A DNA stretch of 63,293 nucleotides, filler included, from Conidiobolus incongruus B7586 (lineage: Eukaryota), in assembly GCA_000697335.1 (NCBI GenBank). It is 12 parts of 12 records of this genome, joined end to end, with 100 filler letters (N's around TTAATTAATTAA, not from the genome) between each part and the next. Parts side by side here need not be neighbours in the genome. Positions count along the whole stretch, not along the records: positions 54,843 to 56,588 come from JNEM01006543.1; positions 56,689 to 60,167 come from JNEM01006544.1; positions 60,268 to 61,997 come from JNEM01006547.1; positions 62,098 to 63,293 come from JNEM01006548.1; 8 more parts are not named here. One strand, written 5' to 3'. Shown in pieces: positions 54,843 to 63,293 of this stretch. Below the pieces are notes generated by a model, which saw nothing but the letters and a program-made list of their open reading frames with translations, did not search any database and was not told the DNA's origin. Numbering within the stretch: position 1 is the stretch's first letter; every line of letters starts with the position of its first letter. A program made the position numbers and the translations under genes.

Positions 54843-56226
54843 AACTAAGATAAGTTATAAATTTGTGGGTTTTTGAGATAAAGGGATATATTTAACAATA
54901 TATAACCATATCATTTTTCTCTTTTTATTATTATTTTATATAATATTTTATAGATATACTAAATTCTTTTTATTAGTATTATTATACTTAAATCCCTTTT
55001 TAAAAAATTCATTTATATATCAATTAACTTTATAAAAAAAATAAATCAAATTATGATATTATTAGAATTACTAGTGATAACTAGTTTATTATAGTTAAAG
55101 CTATTAAGAATACCAACAAAAACCCATTTAAACTTAATTTTAAATATGTTAAAATTATAGATAAATATAATAAGAAGTATATTTGTAGATTAATTAATAC
55201 AGGTAAATATAATATTATTATAGAAATATAACAGGAACTATAAGACTATATAAGAATATTAGTTAATATTAATACTATTATATATGCTTTATATTAATAT
55301 AGATATTACTTACACTTTAAGAAAAAACACCCCCAACTAAAAAAATCTTTTTGTAAAGTTAGGTAGGAGTTTAAATGTCATTATTAATATTAAACTAATA
55401 TTAATTAAAGTAAGTTTATTTAATTTAATAAAACAAAAATATACCTTAATAAACTAATAACAAAGCTAGATATTTTAAAAAAGATACAAAACTACTTTAT
55501 AACTATTATGTTAATTTTACCCAAAAGTATAATAATAGGTTAATTATTATTTAGGGATATATATTATCTTTAGGTGTAAGATATCTATATAAAGTTAATA
55601 AAGGAATTAATATTAAGATATATTAAAATATTTTAAATAATAAATTAAAAAAACTATTAAATAGTATAGGTTAAACAAATCTAATATTATTTTCTAATAA
55701 GGCAATACCTCTTGCTATATTATAATTTCTATTACTAAATAACTTAAAAATAACAAGATAATAGTTATAAAGTAGCTTTTTTAATCTCTTAACTTTAACC
55801 TAATTGAATATCTTTAGAATTAATTAAAAAAATCTATTAAATCTTTCCTCTTAGCAAAAAATTTAAATCAACTTTAATAATAAGTTTAAGAAATATAGAA
55901 CAAGATTAACCTTTCTTAGTATAAGAAGTTAGTTGATTTTATACCCTATAAATTTAAAGAAATTAGAAAAGTTAAAGATAGATATACTAAGTTTTAATTT
56001 TTTTTATTACCAAAAATCCACAAATTTATAACTCACTTTAGGTAAAATTTAAAGGTTTATATTTTAACCAATTAATAACTAAATATCATCATTTAATAAT
56101 ATATACTATTAATAAATATAATAGATTTTAATTATTTAATTTAGGTTTATTTTATTAAATATTAATTAAGTTATTAATAAAGATATAAATGTTTTTGATT
56201 TTATGATTCATTTTTATAGATTTGTA
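54843..56226 (+). mobile_element. Tc1 copy (inner DR to right end)
   Basis: Matches the reverse complement of 57953-59340 and ends in the TIR plus TA. Confidence 0.9.
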
Positions 56227-56228
56227 TA

Positions 56229-56588
56229 TAAATTAAACAAATCAAATATTATTTTATCATAAGATAATATTCTTTATTATATTATAATTTCAATTATTAA
56301 ATAGTTTATATATCAAAAAATAACCATTATAAAAAACCTCTATAATTTTTTGATTTTAATCTAATTAATTATCTTTAAAATTAATTAAAAATATCAATTA
56401 AAATTTTCCTCCCAATAAAAAATTTAGGTTAAATTTAAGAGTATATTTAAGAAACTTAGAATAATATTAGTTTTCTTAATATAAAAGACTAGTTAACCAT
56501 ATAACCTATAAACTTAAGGAGGTTAAAAAAACAAAAATAGATATAATAAATATTAACTTTTTTATCAATATTAAAACTTGCAAATCTA
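56229..56588 (+). mobile_element. Older Tc1 fragment that hosts the preceding copy
   Basis: Resumes mid-transposase (aligns with 55670-56030) right after the TA. Confidence 0.8.
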
Positions 56589-56688
56589 NNNNNNNNNNNN
56601 NNNNNNNNNNNNNNNNNNNNNNNNNNNNNNNNTTAATTAATTAANNNNNNNNNNNNNNNNNNNNNNNNNNNNNNNNNNNNNNNNNNNN

Positions 56689-57138
56689 TTGCTTTTTTAA
56701 ATAAAAGTATTTCTAATTGGTGTTTTCAATATAATTTGAGAAGACCTATTATTTTGCATGATAATTGCAAAATACATAAATCTAAAGCTGTAAAAAACTT
56801 TCTAATTAAAAATAACTGGAAAGAACTACCACATCCAGTATATTCCTTTGATTATAACCTATGTGATTATAATTGCTTTAGGTAATTAAAAAACCAGCTT
56901 GCAGGAAAGAAAATTTCTGCAGGAAAATTTAATTGGTTTGTGAAACATCAAATTTCAGTCCTTAATAAAAAGAACTGTTTTTTAGGTGTTAGAAGTTTGT
57001 TAAAAGTATAGCAAAAAGTTATTAATAATAAAAGAAACTATTAAATTTATATTATATATATATTTTTATATATCATATATTCAAATGTTTATTTATTTTT
57101 AATCACAAAAAATTCCCATTATTAAAAATGTAGAGTAA
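56689..57138 (+). mobile_element. Best-preserved mariner fragment (catalytic C-terminus plus right TIR)
   Basis: Reads IILHDNCKIHKSKAVKNFLIKNNWKELPHPVYSFDYNLCDYNCF. D at 56760 to D at 56865 gives 34 intervening residues (DD34D). Confidence 0.92.
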
Positions 57139-57952
57139 TATTTAAAGTACTTTAGTATATTTTAATATTAATTTCCCTATTAACTTTATAAAAATACTTT
57201 ACATTTAAAAATAATATATATTTTTAAATAATAATTAACCTATTGTTATATTTTTAGGTTAAATTAATATGATAGTAATAAAATAGCTTTATATTTTTTC
57301 TAATGTTTTTAGCTTTTCTATTAGATTTACTAAGGTATATTTTTGTTTTATCAAACTAAATAACTTTATTTTATTTAATTTTAGTTTAATATTAATAATA
57401 ACATTTAAACTCTTACTTAACTTTATAGTAAGATTTTTTTAGTTAGGGGTATTTTTTCTTGAGATGTAAATAGTATCTATATTAATATAAAATATTTATA
57501 ATAATATCAGTGTTAACTAATACTCTTATATAGTTTTATAGTTCCTATTATATTTCTATAGTATTATTATATTTACCTATATTAACTAACTTATAGATAT
57601 ATTTTTTATCATATTTTTCTATAATTTAAAACATTTAAATATAAATTTAAATATGTTTTTATTATTATTCTTAATAGCTTTAATTCTAATAAATTAGTTA
57701 ACATTAGTAATTCTAATAATATCATAAGTTGATTTATTTTTTTTATAAAGTTAATTAATATACAAGTAGATTTTTTAAAGAGGGATTTAGGTATAATGAT
57801 TATAATAAAAAAATTTACTATATCTGTAAAATATTATATAAAATAATAACAAAAAAAGAAAAAAGATATAATTATATATTATTAAATATATCCTTTTATC
57901 TCAAAAACCTATATATTTATAATTTACCTTAGTTAAATATTAAAGGTTAATA

Positions 57953-59525
57953 CACTAACCTACAAAAGTGAGTCATAAAATCAAAAACACCTATATTTTT
58001 ACTAATAACTTGATTAATATTTAATAAAATAAACCTAAATTAAATAATTAAAATCTATTATATTTATTAGTTATATATATCATTAAATGATGATATTTAG
58101 CTATTAATTTGCTAAAATATAAACCCTTAAATTTTACCTAAGGTGAGTCATAAATTTGCAAGTTTTTGGTGATAAAAAAAAATTAAAACCTAGTGTATCC
58201 ACCTTTAGCTTTTCTAACTTCTTTAAGTTTGTGGGGTATAGAATCAACTAACTTCTTACATTGGGAAAGGTTAATCTTGTTCTATGCTTCTTAAACATAT
58301 TCCTAAAGTTGATCTAAATTTTTTGCTGGGGGGAAAGCTTTAATAGCTTTTTTTAACTGATCCCAAAGGTGTTCAATTAGATTAAGGTTAAGAGATTGAG
58401 GAGGCCACTTCATAACTGTTATCTTGTTATTTTTAAGCTATTTGGTAGTAGAAGCTATAGTATAGCAAGAAGCATTATCTTGCTGGAAAATAACATCAGA
58501 TTTATTTAACCTATACCATTCAATGGTTTTTTTCAATTCATTGTTTAAAATACTTTGGTACATCTCAGCATTAATTCCCCCATTAACTTTACAAAGATAC
58601 CCTACACCTGAAGACAACATACATCCCCAAACAATAATTGACCCACCACTATACTTTTGGGTAGAATTAACATAATGGTCATAAAGTAGTTTTGCATCTT
58701 TTCTGAAGTATCTAGCTTTTCTATCAGATCCACTAAAGCATATTTTTGTTTCATCAGACTAAATAACCTTACTCCAATTAGTTTTGGTTCAACATTAGTA
58801 GCAACATTCAAACTCCTGCCTAGCTTTACAGTGGGATTTCTTTAGTTGGGGGTGTTTTTTCTTAAAGTGTAAGTGGTATCCATGCTAATGTAAAGCATGT
58901 ATAATAGTATCAGTGCTAACCAATATTCCTGCATAGTCTCACAATTCCTACTGTATTTCTACAGCAGTACCACACTTGCCTGTACTAACCAACCTACAAA
59001 TATACTTCTCATCATGTTCATCCATGATCTTAACACACCTAAGTTTAGGTTTAAATGTTTCTTTATTGCTATTCTTAACAGCCTTAGCTATAGTAGACTA
59101 GCTAACACTAGTAATTCTAGCAATATCACAAGTTGATTTACCTTCTTTATAAAGTTGATTGATGTGCAAGTGGATTTTTTTAGAGAGGGATTTAGGTATA
59201 ATGATACTAATAAAAAGAATTTAGTATATCTGTAAAATATTATATAAAATAATAGCAAAGAGAGAAAAAAGATATGGTTATATATTGTTAAATATATCCC
59301 CTTATCTCAAAAACCTGCAAATTTATGACTCACCTTGGTTAAATATTAAAGGTTAATATTTTTGCTAATAGTTTACTAAATATATCTAAATATATTTATT
59401 TATTATTAAATAATATACCTTAATTATATATTATAGTTTCAAGTAATCTAATATATACAATTGTTTTAGTTATTAATTAAAATATATATATTTTTGATTT
59501 TATAACTTACTTTTACAGGTCAGTG
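57953..59525 (-). mobile_element. Full-length 1573-bp Tc1 (DD34E) transposon with TA duplication and ~215-bp imperfect IR/DR termini
   Basis: TA|CACTAACCTACAAAAGTGAGTCATAAAATCAAAAA ... TTTTTGATTTTATAACTTACTTTTACAGGTCAGTG|TA. Inner repeats at 58140-58168 and 59308-59336. Confidence 0.95.
58183..59199 (-). pseudogene. Tc1 transposase pseudogene (339 codons between decayed start and stop)
   Basis: Start ATG>ATA. HTH region GKSTCDIARITSVS*ST, then WSKVI*SDETKI and FQQDNASC...WPPQSLNLNLIEHLW (D-34-E). In-frame stops fall at Trp/Gln positions. Confidence 0.93.
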
Positions 59526-59699
59526 TATTTTTTTAATAGTTTACTAAATATATCTAAATATATTTATTTATTATTAAATAATATATTCTAATTATATATT
59601 ATAGTTTTAAGTAATCTAATATATATAATTGTTTTAATTATTAATTAAAATATATATATATATATTATTGATTTTATAACTTATTTTTATAGGTTAATA

Positions 59700-60167
59700 T
59701 ATAATTAAATTTAAATTTATTAAGAATAAGCTTTGTTTTTATATTAAATAAATAAGTTATCTTATTAAAAAGTTATATAAAAAGTTTTAAAAAATGTTAA
59801 AAATACTTTAGCTTATTATATTTATTTATAAAAATTTAAAAAATATGTCTTTTTTAAAAGATTTACTAAGGAAATATTAAAAAATTAGTTTTTTGAATTC
59901 TTATATATATTTCTTTATAATTTAATTAACTATAAAATATATAATTGATTTATACTTTTATAACTAAATTAATTATATAAACAATATTCAATTATTTAAT
60001 AAACAATGTTTTTTTTTCCTTATAATTTTAATTATTTTTTATTTTTTATATTATTTCTAAATTAAAATTATATTCTATTAATATTATAATATATCAATAA
60101 TATCTAATATAAATTTTAATATATTAATGACTTATCCCAGTTTGAAGCTTAATTAAACTTTGCTTAT
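59700..60167 (+). mobile_element. Very decayed chromovirus 3' end (chromodomain remnant plus LTR from ~59875)
   Basis: Co-linear with 49151-49572 and 43693-44060. Confidence 0.85.
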
Positions 60168-60267
60168 NNNNNNNNNNNNNNNNNNNNNNNNNNNNNNNNN
60201 NNNNNNNNNNNTTAATTAATTAANNNNNNNNNNNNNNNNNNNNNNNNNNNNNNNNNNNNNNNNNNNN

Positions 60268-60463
60268 TATTAGTTAATTTATTATAATTAGGGTTATTAA
60301 AAACAATATTAAAAAACACCTAAATTAAAACTAAACTGTACTAACATTATAAATAAATATAATAAAAAATATTTTTATATATTAGTTAATATTGGTATAT
60401 ATAATATTATTATAGAAGTATAAAAAATATATAAAACTATATAAGAATATCAGTTTTTATTAT
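60268..60463 (+). mobile_element. Decayed Tc1 fragment
   Basis: Aligns with 55070-55275. Confidence 0.7.
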
Positions 60464-60465
60464 TA

Positions 60466-61568
60466 TTATTATAAAATCCAAAAAATGTGAAATTTTTTAA
60501 TATTTGATTTTTTAATTATATTATTAGTTTCAAATAAAAAAATATATATATTAACAGATAAAAATAAATAGTTTTGAATTATATATATAATAATTTTTTT
60601 ATTAAAATATAGTTTTTTTAAATTAATCATTTAATTTAATTATATTTAAACTAAATAATTACCTTCAAAAGACTTTATTTTATTATTAGTAAAACTTAAC
60701 CTTAAATATTTTAAAATCATTTAAAATTTACAAATAACTTTTAGTTATAAATTATTATTTAAATTAATAATTTATTACTAGATAAATTACTTTAAGGTTA
60801 AAAAAACTACCTAAAACCTATGAAAATCTAAAAGATTAATATCAACTCTTATTTTTCTAATTATTAATAAAATTAAAAACTATATTAAAAAACACTTTTT
60901 TACTTGAATAAAAAAACTATCAAGATATTTTAATATTTGTTATATAAGTATTCTATATTTATTAAAATTTCAATTAAAAATAATTAATAATAATATTAAA
61001 TAAGTACCTTATAATTTAACTAAGGCTTAAAAAAAGCTAAGGTAGTTATTGTTAAACAAAACATACTAAGGTATAGCTAGAAACCAAAGCTTTTATAATA
61101 AATAATTAAAATTAATAAATCCTAGGCGTTTTTGTTTAATCCTTTATTAAAAAATAAATCAAAAAGTTAGATTAAGTGAAATCAACACCTTTTATAAATT
61201 CTTTTAAATAAATACTTTTTTGATAAGTAAATATTGATTATTGTAACCAAATATAATGGCATATTCTATTCAAGATTAGTTTTTCAAGAAATTAATTAAT
61301 AATAAATATATATTTCTTTTTTAATAAAATTCTTTTAATTAGTATTCTTTATATAATTTAAGAAAACTTATTATTTTATAAAATATTTACAAAATATAGA
61401 AATTTAAATTTGTAAAAGATTTTGAATTAAAAATAACTAGAAAAAGCTACAATATCAAGTATATCCCTTAGATTATAACTTATATTATTATAATTATTTT
61501 AAGTAATTAAAAAACTAGCTTATAGGAAAGAAAATTTTTATATATAAATTTAATTTGTTTATAAAATA
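60466..61568 (+). mobile_element. mariner copy with probable left TIR, interrupted by an LTR
   Basis: TATTATTATAAAATCCAAAAAATGTGAAATTTT resembles the reverse complement of the right TIR. TAA GTA CCT TAT AAT TTA (WVPHNL) at ~61001. Confidence 0.82.
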
Positions 61569-61997
61569 TGTAAGCGTAGTGGTAGTTAAACTAATATAGT
61601 GCAGAGGAAGACTTAATATAAAAGTAGTGTGGTGCAGAATGTGGTAATATAACGTGGCTGTAGCGTGCAGGTGTAAACAAAGTTTAATTAAGCTTCGAAC
61701 TAGGGTGAGTCACTGATATATTAAGATTTATATTAGGTAGTGCCAATATCCTACAATATCAACAGAATATAGTCTCAATCTTAGAAATAGTGTAAAAGTA
61801 AAAATAGTAAGAATTGAGAGGAAAAAAAGAGGAACCTAGTTTATTAGATAATTTAATGCTATTTATACAATTAATTTAGCTATAAAAGTATAAATTAATC
61901 ATATAATTTATAGTTAATTAAATTATATAAAAATATATATAAGAATTTAGAGAACTAGTCTCATAACACTCCCCCAGTAGGTCTCTTAGAGGAGACA
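61569..61997 (-). mobile_element. Chromovirus 3' LTR (61569-61968) plus PPT
   Basis: Matches the reverse complement of 43740-44165. Confidence 0.93.
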
Positions 61998-62097
61998 NNN
62001 NNNNNNNNNNNNNNNNNNNNNNNNNNNNNNNNNNNNNNNNNTTAATTAATTAANNNNNNNNNNNNNNNNNNNNNNNNNNNNNNNNNNNNNNNNNNNN

Positions 62098-62661
62098 ATA
62101 TATTCAAATGTTTATTTATTTTTAATCACAAAAAATTCCTATTATTAAAAATATAAAGTAATATTTTTATTTAGTTTTTAAAAGAAAATCAACTAATAAT
62201 AAATTTTATATTTCTTTTTTAAAATAAAACTATTTTTATTTAGTATTCTCAATATAATTTAAGAAAACCTATTATTTTACATAATAATTATAAAATACAT
62301 AAATTTAAAGTTGTAAAAAACTTTTTAATTAAAAATAACTGGAAAAAACTACTAGATCTAATATATTCTTTAGATTACAACTTATGTAATTATAATTGTT
62401 TTAGGTAATTAAAAAACTAGCTTATAGGAAAGAAAATTTCTATAGGAAAATTTAATTAATTTGTAAAATATCAAATTTTAGTCTTTAATAAAAAGAATTG
62501 TTTTTTAGGTGTTAGATCTTTGCTAAAAATATAACAAAAAGTTATTAGAAATAAAAAAAAACCATTAATTTTATATTATATATTTATTTTTACTTTTTAT
62601 ATATTAAAGTGTTTATTTTTTTTAATTGCAAAAAATTCTTATTATTTAAATTACAAAGTAA
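62098..62661 (+). mobile_element. Two nested mariner 3' ends (62098-62161 inserted at TA into 62164-62661)
   Basis: A right TIR plus TA is followed by mid-transposase mariner sequence and a second right TIR. Confidence 0.85.
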
Positions 62662-63293
62662 TAATTTATAATTTAATACTTATAATAAATATTATAAATT
62701 AATTTAAAATTATATAATTCAAAAAAAATTAATAAATTAATTTCAATTTTAAAAAAAATTATTTTTTTAATTAGCAATTATTTATATTGATAGAAAAAAT
62801 AATCTTTTTAATCACTTAAGAAATTAAAATTATAATATTGAATCTAGAAGTTATATTGGAAAATACCTATTTCCAGAATTATATAATTATGTTCTTTCCT
62901 CTCATTATGTTATTCCTATCTATAAAAATTAACAATAAAAGCTGATATAATATTATTATGAATAAACTAATAAATATTCCTTTTTTATCTTTATTCCAAA
63001 AGTATCCAGTCTTTAAAAAAAATATTGAGTATTTACTTCATATGCCATAATTCACTTTTATTTTATTTGGTGAACCCTATTAATTTCCCTTAACTTTGTG
63101 ACAACCTATTATTTATTATTGGTGATTCCTTATTTTAGCTTTGAAAATCTATTTCCTCTTATAATTATAGTTATCAATATCAATAAATAATGACTGGATT
63201 ATATATTTATATTATTTTCATTATTTTTAATTAATAATTTATAAAATTTTAATTAAATAATATTTTTAATTTATTAATATAAAAATTAAAAAA

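Larger units (their letters stand above)
57141..59699 (-). mobile_element. Older Tc1 copy split into 57141-57952 and 59528-59699 by a younger copy
   Basis: Flanks rejoin as GGTTAA-TA-TTTTT, matching the uninterrupted sequence at 59351-59365. Confidence 0.88.

Noticed and set aside
58438..59136. ORFs 58438, 58602, 58897 and 48292 as independent genes
   Set aside because: Fragments or off-frame pieces of the dead Tc1 transposase and Gypsy integrase.

Overview
Very AT-rich eukaryotic nuclear DNA, made of 12 contigs joined by 11 identical artificial 100-bp linkers (44N-TTAATTAATTAA-44N). Two Zn2Cys6 transcription factors and short AT-rich GT-AG introns indicate a fungus; an early-diverging lineage is my inference and is not proven. 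Host genes are sparse: two Zn2Cys6 factors, an orphan with weak pRiA4b ORF-3/MM3350-like similarity, the 5' part of Hsp110/SSE1, tRNA-Thr(AGT), a 4-exon ArfGAP-2xUBA gene, the 3' part of a P4-ATPase flippase and a 3-exon single-pass membrane protein. Much of the rest is nested transposon debris: a Tc1 (DD34E, IR/DR-type) family, a mariner (DD34D) family, a Ty3/Gypsy chromovirus, other LTR pieces (one 19 nt upstream of the tRNA) and an unclassified repeat. The strongest signal is that copies of the three major families differ almost only by C>T and G>A changes, with very few indels. CpG is erased first and the other C contexts later. This looks like a repeat-directed hypermutation (RIP-like or methylation-driven) defence with a context preference unlike classical Neurospora CpA RIP.
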